A DNA stretch of 64,000 bases from an uncultured virus (IMG/VR IMGVR_UViG_3300027816_004729) (IMGVR_UViG_3300027816_004729), one strand, 5' to 3'. Positions 9,490 through 19,514 are shown, counted from the stretch's first letter. The notes: generated by a model from the letters alone, not told the origin. Numbers and translations are program-made.

Positions 9490-11756
9490 AAATTGCGTGG
9501 AGGTTGCGGACGAGTTGGATTAGCAACAGATCCTATAATTGTTTGCGGAGTCGCCGCAGCATTGACCGTATCTACAGCTAATTCCGTTGCGGGAATAGCT
9601 CCTCCTGAAATTGCGGGTTGCGCCGCTTGCATAGCCGCAGATTCTAACGTCGGTTGTTGGACCATTTGCATAGCTTGTGCAATCATATCTTGAAATTGTT
9701 TAAGATCGCCAGGTTTAACCCCTTTTTGAGTAGCCGACTGAATATGCTGTTGGGCATGCGTAAGCGCGCCAGTCATGAAACCTTGACTCAGTTCGTAAGG
9801 AATTTGTCCGGCTTGTAAGAACGGCGCCATTCGATCCATGATTGTTTTGAGATGGATCATATCGTCGTCTGATACGTCGATAGGGACTTCTTGGCCGTCC
9901 ATTATCGAAGATAGTTCAAGAATTTGTTGGCGCTGTTGTTTGACTTGAGACATCGGGCTAAGGTCGACGTTCATCAAGCGATTTGCGGCATCTGCACCTA
10001 GTTTTGAAGAAATATCACGCCGTTTGAGTTCGACAGTGTCGATAATCGGGTCAGCGCCATAGCGGGCGATTACGTTGTCGATTAATCCAGATTGAGACGC
10101 AATAGCATCATCCACGTTTGAACGGGATTTGGAATTTGCTAGAATTACAATCTGAGAAGGAGTTAATCCTTCGTTGGTCATTTTAAGGACGCAATCAAAA
10201 GCATCGGATTCAATGTACTCGGGCAATTCAATGTACACGAAATCTTGGTCGATGCCCAGCGACGTCATTTGATTAAATAAATCTAGGTCATAAATCGGCA
10301 CTTTGCCCATGTTTTTAATTTGCTCTGCTACCGTCGCAGCGTACTCGACGGTCTCAGGATTGCAAATGCGGCGCTGGATTTGGTCAATTAACTCAAACAT
10401 CTGATCGGCAAAACGAGCTAATACCCCAGCGCGGATCTGCGCGTCAATACTGGCAACATAATTAACTTCTGATGCTGTACGAGTTTGGCCACCACCTTGT
10501 GCATTGGCTAATTGTCCGGGCATGAATGCGCCAACTTGAACTTCCGCAAGGCCTGTTGCGTGTCGATCAAGAGCGAAGAAAGCATCGGCGTCGATTTCAA
10601 AGCGTACTTTTTCAAGTACCTCGAATCCTTCTCCGACAACCGCAAACGGATGCATAACCGTTAAACCCGGCGTTTCAAGCACTCCCGCGCCGACCTTTGT
10701 TGTCCGCTTCATCAGCAACAAACCGTTTAAGTGCAGCGCATCTTGAATTAAGTTACGCGCCTGCTCAACCGAGACGTGCGTATTGTATAATGCTCGGCCC
10801 GCTCCACGGCTGCCGTGTAATGTGCGGTCGCCAATTTCTGCGCTGAACAGCGTTAAACATTCGGTCATTTTTGAATAGCGGGCTCGGCGAAAGAAAAGCG
10901 CCGTGCCGTCGTCGCGGTCGAAAATATAATGGTCAATACCGCCAGCGGGGTTTAAAGCAAAAATATGCCCGGCTTTGACGACGCGGATACTGGATGTGAA
11001 CGAACTAGCGAGGTTGTTCTCACGAATCAGATCTTCGTAGACTCGGCTATTAGCTTCATCAGCGCGGTCATCGAACTGCTTTCCTGCGGTGTTTAGTTTC
11101 TTAATGAGGTTGTCGACTCTCCAACCGGCTGATTGAGCGGCTTCTATGTTTTGTAAAATGGCGGTAATCTCGTCGACAAAGTAATCTTGTTTGAGTCCCC
11201 ATATTTTTACTTTTTCGGCTTGTTGCGGACAACCTACGTAAAACATAGCCTCATCGGAGCGATGAAGCTTTGGCTTCCAACTAAACTCGTCTTCACGGCC
11301 GACAGCCGCATAACCGTAGCCGATATCCTCGTCAATCAACTGCGTCACAAAATCAGACCAACCAGACCAATTACGGATACAATCGGTGATGCTTTTGCGG
11401 AAGATGTCTTGTTGAGCTTCGGACCCAAGAGACTTTTCAGGGAAACGACTATACGTCAACAACGGCAATTGGTCAACCATTTGTTTATATGGCGGCGTCA
11501 GTCGCTTCATCAGCGACGACATAAAGCCAGTCGGCCGATTGCTGCGCCATGCTTGGCCAGAAGCTTTAAGTTTTTTCGGACTCCACGGTTGTTCACCGTT
11601 AAGTTTCCTAGCAATAGCCGAATTTTTAGAATTACGTTCGCGATTATCGCTAACGAAATTCTTATACGTTTGATAGGCTTGCTGAAATGTTATTGTTGCC
11701 GGAACCACTTCACCACTTGAAGGGTCCACGATGTCATTCATTGTTGCGTCATTCAT
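9486..11756 (-). CDS. portal protein (putative)
   Basis: 756 aa after terminase; RTASEV motif typical of podovirus-type portals; Gln-rich C-terminus. Confidence 0.75.
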   Translation of the reverse strand: MNDATMNDIVDPSSGEVVPATITFQQAYQTYKNFVSDNRERNSKNSAIARKLNGEQPWSPKKLKASGQAWRSNRPTGFMSSLMKRLTPPYKQMVDQLPLLTYSRFPEKSLGSEAQQDIFRKSITDCIRNWSGWSDFVTQLIDEDIGYGYAAVGREDEFSWKPKLHRSDEAMFYVGCPQQAEKVKIWGLKQDYFVDEITAILQNIEAAQSAGWRVDNLIKKLNTAGKQFDDRADEANSRVYEDLIRENNLASSFTSSIRVVKAGHIFALNPAGGIDHYIFDRDDGTALFFRRARYSKMTECLTLFSAEIGDRTLHGSRGAGRALYNTHVSVEQARNLIQDALHLNGLLLMKRTTKVGAGVLETPGLTVMHPFAVVGEGFEVLEKVRFEIDADAFFALDRHATGLAEVQVGAFMPGQLANAQGGGQTRTASEVNYVASIDAQIRAGVLARFADQMFELIDQIQRRICNPETVEYAATVAEQIKNMGKVPIYDLDLFNQMTSLGIDQDFVYIELPEYIESDAFDCVLKMTNEGLTPSQIVILANSKSRSNVDDAIASQSGLIDNVIARYGADPIIDTVELKRRDISSKLGADAANRLMNVDLSPMSQVKQQRQQILELSSIMDGQEVPIDVSDDDMIHLKTIMDRMAPFLQAGQIPYELSQGFMTGALTHAQQHIQSATQKGVKPGDLKQFQDMIAQAMQMVQQPTLESAAMQAAQPAISGGAIPATELAVDTVNAAATPQTIIGSVANPTRPQPPRNL

Positions 11757-11996
11757 TTACCATTTTCCTTTCGGACAATTTTCTGTAGCGAGAATTGCTT
11801 TTGCTATAACTAAACACTCGCAAATATTACACTGATTAGTAACATTGTGCTCGCATACTTCGCAAATGTCTAGTCTTTTGCGTTTTATCGAAGAGTCTAC
11901 AAGTACTGGATCCCGATTGATCGTTGCGGAGGCAACTCTGCCTACGGCGCCGACAAAGTTAGATATGCCGTGTTTGGTCAGTTTCATTTTGCCCAA
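11757..11996 (-). CDS. small Cys-rich protein (DUF6171-like)
   Basis: R..IC..C..N...C..C.C....K......CP.GKW pattern. Confidence 0.65.
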   Translation of the reverse strand: MGKMKLTKHGISNFVGAVGRVASATINRDPVLVDSSIKRKRLDICEVCEHNVTNQCNICECLVIAKAILATENCPKGKW

Positions 11997-12586
11997 CAGT
12001 GAGACGGGACGTCGTTACTCCTCATTATTTTTTCTTTTTTAAGCCATACTGCAGATCGATTTTCGTGCTTAAGGATTTGACAAGCTTTTAGTTTGTGGCC
12101 GCGCGGAACATCATTACCAAGTCTTAACACATTGCTCATGCGACTTACGGCTTCTGAACAAGAACCACAATTTGAATTCCACTTAGTATTGTAACGGCAA
12201 TCAAGACAAATGTCTGCTCGTCGTTTGGCTTCGGTGTTGATCTCGAGATTCTCGATCGAGTGGTGATCGATTGACCGATTAAGCCACTGAATCATGTGAT
12301 CGGTTAATGTTTTGATCTCGTTTGAGTTATTATCCACGTAGACTTCAACCGTATATGGCAACTCAGGATGGCACATGTGCGGAAAGTTTGCGCAAATATA
12401 CTCATCAACATCGGCTTTGACGTCGCCAATCGGGATAACATTGTCAGCGCGGAACTTGATTACAGCTTCAATTAATTGCCGATAGGTGTCGGCTCGTATA
12501 GGCGCTGGCATGTCCATGCCGGCTCGGTTCTTTTCGGGTTTGTGCCAACCTCCTGGCATTACGACTGATTCAATTACTTCTCTCAT
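11984..12586 (-). CDS. Cys-rich hypothetical protein
   Basis: RADICLDCRYN..CGSC..C..HCW, a C-terminal pattern resembling the downstream small ORF. Confidence 0.6.
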   Translation of the reverse strand: MREVIESVVMPGGWHKPEKNRAGMDMPAPIRADTYRQLIEAVIKFRADNVIPIGDVKADVDEYICANFPHMCHPELPYTVEVYVDNNSNEIKTLTDHMIQWLNRSIDHHSIENLEINTEAKRRADICLDCRYNTKWNSNCGSCSEAVSRMSNVLRLGNDVPRGHKLKACQILKHENRSAVWLKKEKIMRSNDVPSHCWAK

Positions 12587-14514
12587 GTTGACATATCCAA
12601 GAATTCCAGCACATCAACGACGCCGTGTTGTTGTTTATGCGCGGGTTGTTTTGTTTGCGCCGGGTTTTCTACCATTAATCCCGACATGCCGGCGTTCATA
12701 CGCACTCCATGAACGGCTATGATCAGGGAGTCGAACCTATCGGGCGAATTGTTTGAGTTGCGTTTCTTGAAGTCTTTTTTACTCTCGATGCGCAGAATAC
12801 CACGACCTTGTTGAGAATACCGGCGAGGAACCGTTTCCTTTTCTAGTTGGTTCCAACTGATACCAGGGTTCAGTTTAATTAAGTCGGTTTCCATGAATCT
12901 ACGCACCGCGAATGCCATTTCCGTAACGATGTCGTGATAGATCTCGGAGCATTGATGCGAGTCGTCGTCTAAGATGCGGGTATCCGTTGCAGCCCAACCA
13001 AACATAATGCCAAACACTTCTGGACCAAACATTGAGCATAGCGCATCATGAACTCCAGTGCCGTTACCCGTACGATCCGTTGATAACCATTGAGGTTTGA
13101 CGAATAACTCATTGCTTAACTTCATGATGGCTTTAGATTGCTCGATTGTATCGCATTTGCCGAGCACAAACTGTTGCTCAACTTGAATTACTCGGCGTTC
13201 TGTTTTGAACTTATGGAATTCGCCTCGTATGTCGGTCCATCCGATTGCCGAGCCGTGACGCAATAGCGTATAGATCACGCTATCATTGCCGTCAAAAGCC
13301 ATGTCTACTCCGGCGGCGGCTACAGTCGGTCCGCTAAATGTGTACAGTCCTTTTGAGTTGGAAAATAGTTGTTCATTGACGATGACGACTTGAGCCGATG
13401 ACTCTGGGAACCAACCTCTCGCCATGGTGAAATACTCGGGATTGTCGGTACCGAGTTTTAGTAACCTCTCGAAACCTTCCCATGTTTGCAACCCAGGAAA
13501 GACAATCTTCTTTTGCTCGACGTTTTCGCACCTAGCTCCATCAAGACGGACAACATTCCAACCTTTAGCCGAGGTCCAGGTTTCGTGTTCGTCAATGTCA
13601 ATCGAAGACCAACCGTTCTTGGGTTCGGCTAAGATACCGAATTTGCTGTTACGATCTTTAGGGTTAGTAGCGGCAAAGACTTTAACTCGATCGCCTTGAG
13701 ATTCTTCAGTTAGCAGGATGTTGTTGACATCTTCCCACACGCCTTCAGGTATTTCCTCGGCTTCATCAAGGATTAAGGAGATGCGACTCAACTTGCCGAA
13801 TTGCGGATGCTCTTCAGGTCTGGGTACAGGATGGAAACCTCGTAACCGACCTTTGCCGTCATCGCCTTGAGGGATCGATGTCAGATGAATCCCTTGCTTA
13901 TCGTCGTTGTTGACGCGGATTGAATCTGATTTAAGGATTAAGTTCGGAATTGGGACGATTGTACTCTGCAACAAGTTCTTTAGATGGGCGAAAACGTTCG
14001 TGACCGCGTGTTGCCGAGTTACCGATAGAACTTTAACGCATGTCCATTCGGGGTCTCGCATGTAATCGAGGCCAAAGAATACGGCGCCCGAGTACGACTT
14101 TGACAATGAACCGCCGCCTTGAATCAAGTTTTTAGCGTGTGTTCGTAGGCTTTCCCAAACAAGCTGCGTACAATGCGGTTCTGGAGTAAACAGATCAGGA
14201 CCCCAAGACACAATAGCCGCGGCTTTGTACTGCTCTAGCGAAAGCAATCTTTGGATAAATCGCCAGATTAAAAACTCGCAGTCTTGGACTCCTAAAGTTA
14301 ACGAGTCGTCTATTTTTGTTTTGACGCAATTCCGTAGAAGATATTCGGCAGGACCGAATAGGTCGTCCGTTCGCTTATGGACTTCGCGTAATGCATACGC
14401 GTGGTCTAGGTACTCGGCTTCCGAGATTGCCGATGGAGATTCAATGTGTTCTGATTTTGACTTTTTGCGTACGCCCGACTTATGATAAGACATCTTCGCG
14501 CCTTTTTTTACCAT
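12583..14514 (-). CDS. terL: terminase large subunit
   Basis: Walker A-like GGGSLSKS, Walker B LILDEAEE, ATNP coupling motif, nuclease GVDMAFDG...DRTGNG...SPDRFD. Confidence 0.85.
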   Translation of the reverse strand: MVKKGAKMSYHKSGVRKKSKSEHIESPSAISEAEYLDHAYALREVHKRTDDLFGPAEYLLRNCVKTKIDDSLTLGVQDCEFLIWRFIQRLLSLEQYKAAAIVSWGPDLFTPEPHCTQLVWESLRTHAKNLIQGGGSLSKSYSGAVFFGLDYMRDPEWTCVKVLSVTRQHAVTNVFAHLKNLLQSTIVPIPNLILKSDSIRVNNDDKQGIHLTSIPQGDDGKGRLRGFHPVPRPEEHPQFGKLSRISLILDEAEEIPEGVWEDVNNILLTEESQGDRVKVFAATNPKDRNSKFGILAEPKNGWSSIDIDEHETWTSAKGWNVVRLDGARCENVEQKKIVFPGLQTWEGFERLLKLGTDNPEYFTMARGWFPESSAQVVIVNEQLFSNSKGLYTFSGPTVAAAGVDMAFDGNDSVIYTLLRHGSAIGWTDIRGEFHKFKTERRVIQVEQQFVLGKCDTIEQSKAIMKLSNELFVKPQWLSTDRTGNGTGVHDALCSMFGPEVFGIMFGWAATDTRILDDDSHQCSEIYHDIVTEMAFAVRRFMETDLIKLNPGISWNQLEKETVPRRYSQQGRGILRIESKKDFKKRNSNNSPDRFDSLIIAVHGVRMNAGMSGLMVENPAQTKQPAHKQQHGVVDVLEFLDMST

Positions 14515-14516
14515 AG

Positions 14517-15014
14517 TCAGATGAAACTTTTGCTGAACTCTAAAACTTTCTCGGAGACTTCAAGTTGAACTGAATCTTTGAACTCTCCCATCAACCGTGA
14601 ATCAATTTCGAGTGCTTGTAGTTTTGAGGGTAATTTTACCGTTGTAGTTCCATCCGAGTTAACTTTAAACTCTTGAACCACGGCATCGGTACCATCGACG
14701 ATTCCGGCTTTAGCCCTGACAACATCGGCTAAAAAGGCCCGCTTTTCATCGAATGACAGAAACCTTTTTTGTAAAGCTCGATCAGCGAGTTTGGCTTTTA
14801 GTTCGTCGATATACGCTATGGAGGCCGGTTTATCTAAAACTGACCGACCTAATCTGGCTAGCGAAGTCGGCACAGGAACTTGACCGCGTGTGGTGATGAA
14901 GAACCTGCGGTAGGCCTTTTCGTATGCGCGATAGATAGGCAAGCCATCAATCACGTGGAGTTCAAGGAACTCACGTTCTTGTGGTGAAAGTCGCAGTGCC
15001 GCTTCGCTAGCCAT
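14517..15014 (-). CDS. terS: terminase small subunit (putative)
   Basis: Immediately upstream of terL; HTH-like LSPQEREF...RAYEKAY and KLQALE..SRLMG. Confidence 0.65.
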   Translation of the reverse strand: MASEAALRLSPQEREFLELHVIDGLPIYRAYEKAYRRFFITTRGQVPVPTSLARLGRSVLDKPASIAYIDELKAKLADRALQKRFLSFDEKRAFLADVVRAKAGIVDGTDAVVQEFKVNSDGTTTVKLPSKLQALEIDSRLMGEFKDSVQLEVSEKVLEFSKSFI

Positions 15015-15060
15015 TCAAAACGTATTAGCTTGTGCCGCGTAGTCCGGACATTAAAAATCA

Positions 15061-15540
15061 CTAAGTACTTTTAGAAGCGGACCGTAAAAACCCGAACTTA
15101 CCGATCAACGGCGCGTCAGCTTTCTGCAGAGTCCATTTGCGATTCGGCCACGTTTGTCGTGTAAGCTCTAACAATTGACGCTTTCTTTCAGTTCTGTCAC
15201 GACTACGCTCATTCGCTGGAATGGCGGCGTTCATCCATAAGACAGGACCTAACTCGTGTAGTTTAGGCCCTCGATACATCCTAACGGCTCCGCATATAAA
15301 CTTGTAGTTCCCATAGAGTACCGCCATGAAAGCGGCAGATCTATTTTCACCAGCAAATTTAGGAATGGCTTCAATAAAAACATGCTCAACTTGTGAGCAC
15401 CAATCAATCAACAAATCTACTAAGAGTTGTTCATCTTCAGGCATGTTTTGGCAATCGATAACGTTGAACTCAGATCCGACTATTTCAATTAAAGCCAGAC
15501 TGCCGTGTTTTCCTGGATCAATTCCGATTATGCGCATCAA
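15061..15540 (-). CDS. RuvC-like Holliday junction resolvase
   Basis: IIGIDPG..G, FIE, ADA catalytic motifs. Confidence 0.8.
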   Translation of the reverse strand: MMRIIGIDPGKHGSLALIEIVGSEFNVIDCQNMPEDEQLLVDLLIDWCSQVEHVFIEAIPKFAGENRSAAFMAVLYGNYKFICGAVRMYRGPKLHELGPVLWMNAAIPANERSRDRTERKRQLLELTRQTWPNRKWTLQKADAPLIGKFGFLRSASKST

Positions 15541-15597
15541 TTATTTTCGTACAAATGGCCGAAGACTTAAACACTTTTAAACTACGGCGGATTTATG

Positions 15598-15888
15598 CTG
15601 CACTATCCTGCACTATCCTGCACTACTATCCTGCACTAATTATATTCTTCTTTTCTAATACTTTATATTAAATAGTGCAGCTTGTGCAGCTTCTTTTTGT
15701 ATTTTCCCGTGGGGACCTAGCTCATCTTCTTCCTTATTTAAAGAGGAAGATATATTATCCCGGTAGGGGATTTCGCGGAAAGTTCCTGCACAAGCTGCAC
15801 TACGCAGCTTAAGTTGTACGGCATCAACACTCTATCGAGTGCAGGAACTTATTTTTCGATCCTGCACTAAGCTGCACTTCCTGCACTA
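15598..15888. repeat. cluster of 12 CTGCAC/GTGCAG repeats with nested inverted repeats (candidate origin or packaging site)
   Basis: CTGCAC at 15598, 15608, 15618, 15631, 15786, 15795, 15862, 15872, 15881; GTGCAG at 15675, 15684, 15839; 17-bp perfect IR 15673-15689/15786-15802; 12-bp IR 15780-15791/15839-15850; AT-rich tract 15638-15673. Confidence 0.85.
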
Positions 15889-16166
15889 ATGCCAAATTTG
15901 GCCCTGGCTTCTTCGCACAATGCCGAACCTGACTCAAACTTACGGCAAGCTTGCGGCCTATCCGTATAAACCGAACATGAGACACACTCGCCAACCTCTC
16001 CTTGCAACGCCACGCATCTTCCTGCGCTAGACGTTTTGAGCAGTGGATAATCTGTCCTCTGCATGGCCATAGGAATATTGGTGGCGTCAGACCGATCTCT
16101 TTTTAGCACAGGCCAAGACCACTTAAAAGAACAACACGCCCCGCATTGTTGGCAATCGTATTTCAA
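15867..16166 (-). CDS. YkgJ-family (CxxCxxCC) zinc/iron-chelating protein
   Basis: CQQCGACC, C..L, CSVY..RP..CR.F motifs. Confidence 0.85.
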   Translation of the reverse strand: MKYDCQQCGACCSFKWSWPVLKRDRSDATNIPMAMQRTDYPLLKTSSAGRCVALQGEVGECVSCSVYTDRPQACRKFESGSALCEEARAKFGISAGSAA

Positions 16167-16282
16167 CGGTTCTTTTTTAAGGCTTTTAACAAGGCTAATT
16201 CTTTGCGTTCAATTTCACGCAATCGCTTCTTAGAAATAGCCGACGTTTTATTACAGTTTTTACAAGGAATTTTTTTATTCAC
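16163..16282 (-). CDS. small basic protein with CxxC
   Basis: Manual translation (GTG) NKKIPCKNCNK...KKNR*; stop overlaps the TTG start of the YkgJ gene. Confidence 0.35.
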   Translation of the reverse strand: MNKKIPCKNCNKTSAISKKRLREIERKELALLKALKKNR

Positions 16283-16298
16283 TACGTAGTATTTTTAT

Positions 16299-16697
16299 AT
16301 GTTCAAATGGTTAGCTGCTTGTTTCAATGCGTCCTGTATGCGCCAACCTTTTCATTTCTTGCCTGTTCCAGAAAGTCACGAAGCTGTATTGCTTCCTGAC
16401 GGTTCACTTCCGCTTGAATATATTGATTCAGCATGGCAGTTATTAGTCTGCTGCGGAGCAAATCCTCCTGAATATATTTTCACTAATGGTAAGGGACTTC
16501 ATCGAAACTGGGAATCTTCGTATCTTTACCATTACGGACATTCTATCACACCGATCGGGGCTTTAAAAATTGTTTGTCCTGATATGAAAAATCTTGCCGT
16601 CAAAATCCTCGACTACGGGGAATCGGCAAAACTTGGAGCAAAACTGTCGAGCAAGTCCTCCAAGAAAACCAATGCTCGTGAAACTACACTACAATGA
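16299..16697 (+). CDS. hypothetical protein
   Basis: First ORF of the plus-strand block; ATGA overlap with the next ORF; start uncertain. Confidence 0.5.
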   Translation: MFKWLAACFNASCMRQPFHFLPVPESHEAVLLPDGSLPLEYIDSAWQLLVCCGANPPEYIFTNGKGLHRNWESSYLYHYGHSITPIGALKIVCPDMKNLAVKILDYGESAKLGAKLSSKSSKKTNARETTLQ

Positions 16698-17002
16698 GCA
16701 GTCCTATAGTGGCGAATATCGCCAAACCAAAACGTACACCGCAAATAGACAAAGTCAATACCGAGATCGCCACTCGAGTAGCGTCTTCAACTCGGGATAT
16801 TTTGAAACCAGATTACAACTTCCGCTTACGCAGTTTAAGCCGGGCAATTGTCGATTCAGTTCCAGACACTGAGAAGAAAAACTTGCGTAAAGATCTCAAA
16901 GAAGTTTTTGAGTACGCGGCTCTCCGCCGTAAAGCTCTTCTCGTCATGTCAGAAGCCGATTGGGAAAAACTTCTAGAAAACTGGTTCGACAACGGAAAAT
17001 GA
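16694..17002 (+). CDS. hypothetical protein
   Basis: ATGA overlaps on both sides. Confidence 0.6.
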   Translation: MSSPIVANIAKPKRTPQIDKVNTEIATRVASSTRDILKPDYNFRLRSLSRAIVDSVPDTEKKNLRKDLKEVFEYAALRRKALLVMSEADWEKLLENWFDNGK

Positions 17003-17220
17003 AATCTAAGAAAGAACGCTTGAAAGAAATCTCTCGGCTTAGAGAGATGCTGAAGCACGGCAAATGGACGGTAAAAGAAATCGCCCAAATACGTGGCCGC
17101 ATTGGCGGACTTTCCGGCGCGGATCATCCTGGCAAACGTGAGGCGGGTCTTAAAGGCTCAGCCGCGCGTTGGAAAAACCACAAACCTAAAGTCAAACCTA
17201 AAACTAAAAAGACTAAATGA
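16999..17220 (+). CDS. small basic protein
   Basis: ATG at 16999 overlapping the previous stop; GRIGG..G..K..AG.KG..ARW motif. Confidence 0.55.
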   Translation: MKSKKERLKEISRLREMLKHGKWTVKEIAQIRGRIGGLSGADHPGKREAGLKGSAARWKNHKPKVKPKTKKTK

Positions 17221-17227
17221 ACTTAGC

Positions 17228-17313
17228 GCTCAAGTGGCGAAATGGCAGACGCAAGGGACTTAAAATCCCTTTTCGCGAACAGCGAAGTGCGGGTTCGAGT
17301 CCCGCCTTGAGTA
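17228..17313 (+). tRNA. tRNA-Leu (anticodon TAA)
   Basis: Acceptor GCTCAAG/CTTGAGT, D-arm TGGCGAAATGGCAGACGC, anticodon arm AGGGA-CTTAAAA-TCCCT, long variable arm, T-arm GCGGG-TTCGAGT-CCCGC; no encoded CCA. Confidence 0.95.
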
Positions 17314-17345
17314 AGCTTTTCTAACTCCCATAACAAACCAAGCCC

Positions 17346-17528
17346 ATGCAAATACCACAAACTGTATTCGACGAACTCGAAACGCTCGCGCTTTGCGCGC
17401 AAGATCAAGGCCATTCAGACGCGGTAGCCTTACGCGACGAGGATGGATACTATGTCATCACAATTTCTGGCATACCCAGACTTTTTGTTGACTACAAGCA
17501 AGCATTAAAATACGTCGTGAGTTTATGA
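17346..17528 (+). CDS. hypothetical protein
   Basis: 60-aa ORF after an AC-rich leader. Confidence 0.5.
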   Translation: MQIPQTVFDELETLALCAQDQGHSDAVALRDEDGYYVITISGIPRLFVDYKQALKYVVSL

Positions 17529-17647
17529 TCGACTTATCTGACCCAGCGGCAATTTGCCGGTCAATAAACTACTTCATTGAATTCCTAGTCAAGATCGGTC
17601 CTGCGGCGCTACTTTGCGTATTCGCGTTATGGGTTTTCAAGAAATAA
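17525..17647 (+). CDS. small membrane peptide
   Basis: Manual translation MIDLSDPAAICRSINYFIEFLVKIGPAALLCVFALWVFKK*; ATGA overlap with the upstream ORF. Confidence 0.4.
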   Translation: MIDLSDPAAICRSINYFIEFLVKIGPAALLCVFALWVFKK

Positions 17648-17727
17648 GCCAGAACCAAAAACTGCCGTGTCCTCATGGCAGAATTTATTGGTGCGAAAAA
17701 TGCAACGCGGTTGTTAATCCAAACACT

Positions 17728-17997
17728 ATGCCTAAATCCACAAAATACATATCCAACGTCGAAATTGACGTCGATAACGCTTGGGAAGATTTTCGTGAAA
17801 ACTGTTTAGAGGGCATCGACAACGACTTTGTTTTGAAGTTGTGTCGCATTGCCTTCATATCAGGAATGATGAATATCAGCCATGTCAACGCCGGGTTTGC
17901 TATCTCTATGTCAGAGTATTTGCGTGTAGTTGCTCGGCAAAATATTTCTTCAGAAGAAAACTTTGAGCATGAAGATGAAGATGAAGATGAAAACTAA
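17728..17997 (+). CDS. hypothetical acidic-tailed protein
   Basis: ATG at 17728 (MPKSTK); ends EDEDEDEN. Confidence 0.5.
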   Translation: MPKSTKYISNVEIDVDNAWEDFRENCLEGIDNDFVLKLCRIAFISGMMNISHVNAGFAISMSEYLRVVARQNISSEENFEHEDEDEDEN

Positions 17998-18166
17998 ACC
18001 TACGTCAAAACCCGACAAACTATTGGGTCATGCCACAGATTATTTTGGAGATCGGCCGTTAGTATCCCCGGAAATCTACATACGACTATTCACGGCAGAA
18101 AAGCATCCTAAAACCAAACTTCAACAATTTTCAGACTTACTTAAGAAAATTTTCGGACTCTCTTAA
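17987..18166 (+). CDS. hypothetical protein
   Basis: MKTKPTSK... ending 1 nt before the helicase start. Confidence 0.4.
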   Translation: MKTKPTSKPDKLLGHATDYFGDRPLVSPEIYIRLFTAEKHPKTKLQQFSDLLKKIFGLS

Positions 18167-18167
18167 A

Positions 18168-19514
18168 ATGCGAATCGAATTACGCCAGTATCAAAAGAAC
18201 GCAGCCTCAGATTTAGCTGAAATCTTATCCGAAAAGAAGTTTGCGTTAGACGGTTCAGATACCGGCATTGGAAAGACGTTTACTGCTATAGGCACTTGCT
18301 TGCGCTTTAACAATCCGGTGGCCGTTATATGCAAAGCCAGAACCTTGACCAAATGGAAAGAAGCTCTAGCACAATTTGGAATTGAACCTATATTCTTGTT
18401 GAGCTGGGAAAAGGCACGTAATGGCAAGAATGGATTCTTTCTTCCGCTCAATTCAAAAGGCCGTGTTTCTGGCTTCAATTTGCAGCTTAAAGAACCAACG
18501 GTCGTTATCATTGACGAGATTCATTGTGGCGGTGCGCTCAAGAGTTTAAACGCAGAACTTGTCATTGCATGCAAGCGATGCCCAAATGCGTACACTCTTG
18601 GGCTTAGCGCTACCGTCGCCGACTCGCCTCTTAAAATGCGGGCGATTGGATTTTGTTGCAATCTGCACTCATTAGGTAACGACTTCTGGAATTGGTGTCG
18701 GAAGAATGGTTGCGGCAAGTCTCCATTCGGCGGTTTGTATTTCCGACAAAAAGATCGTGAACGCGTACTCAAGACACTTCATCAATATCTATTCGGTAAA
18801 GATGCCAAATGGGGAATCCGTTTACGTAAGAAAGAACTCATGGAGGAAGGCAGTTTTCCTGAGTCCGAAGTTTATGTGGAATTGTGGGATCCGCCGAACT
18901 CTTTGCCAGCTTGGGCACAAGCTTCTATAGCTGAGATTGATCAACGTGAACAAGCCGACATGGAAAAATACGACGGCAATCCGCATGGTGGAATTCTGCA
19001 CATGCGTAGTCGTCAGCGGACAGAAATCCAAAAATTACCGTCTCTCATTGATGAAATCGAAGACCGGTTGGCCGAAGGAGAGTCTGTTATTGTGTTCGTC
19101 CAATTCACCAGAACCATCCAGGTCTTGGCGAAACAATTGGAGCATATTCCTCATGCCATTATTTCTGGTGTTACGGCTAATAACCGCGTTGGTAGAGACG
19201 GCATTGAATACTTCCAGCGCAATCAAATCAAACTTATCATTTGCCAAGTAGACGCTGCCGCCGAAGGTATCGACTTACATGACGTTCATGGAGATTGCCC
19301 GCGACATGTTATCGTATTCCCAACTTACAAAGCGATTACGCTGATCCAGGTTTTAGGCCGAGCAGTGCGCGCTAATGCCAAAAGTCCCGTGGTTCAACGC
19401 ATTGTCTATTCTTCAGAAGGCATTGAGGAAAAGATCGCCCGTACCGTGGAAAAGAAACTTGAGAACTTGTCAATGTTATCCGACGGCGAACTCAATGCTG
19501 GAGGTATGTTGTGA
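18168..19514 (+). CDS. superfamily 2 DNA helicase
   Basis: LRQYQ Q-motif, TGIGKT, IIDEIH, SAT, EGIDL, QVLGRAVR. Confidence 0.92.
   Translation: MRIELRQYQKNAASDLAEILSEKKFALDGSDTGIGKTFTAIGTCLRFNNPVAVICKARTLTKWKEALAQFGIEPIFLLSWEKARNGKNGFFLPLNSKGRVSGFNLQLKEPTVVIIDEIHCGGALKSLNAELVIACKRCPNAYTLGLSATVADSPLKMRAIGFCCNLHSLGNDFWNWCRKNGCGKSPFGGLYFRQKDRERVLKTLHQYLFGKDAKWGIRLRKKELMEEGSFPESEVYVELWDPPNSLPAWAQASIAEIDQREQADMEKYDGNPHGGILHMRSRQRTEIQKLPSLIDEIEDRLAEGESVIVFVQFTRTIQVLAKQLEHIPHAIISGVTANNRVGRDGIEYFQRNQIKLIICQVDAAAEGIDLHDVHGDCPRHVIVFPTYKAITLIQVLGRAVRANAKSPVVQRIVYSSEGIEEKIARTVEKKLENLSMLSDGELNAGGML

Noticed and set aside
15598..15888. CRISPR array
   Set aside because: Repeats are 6-10 nt, in both orientations, with no unique ~30-nt spacers.
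17314..17345. Theta/HDV-like ribozyme after the tRNA
   Set aside because: The downstream sequence is short and AC/T-rich with no nested pseudoknot pairing.
17223..17414. Minus-strand 63-aa ORF
   Set aside because: It is the antisense reading of the tRNA-Leu gene.
17969..17992. GAAGAT microsatellite as a phase-variation or frameshift site
   Set aside because: Explained by the acidic EDEDED tail; the 6-nt unit preserves frame.
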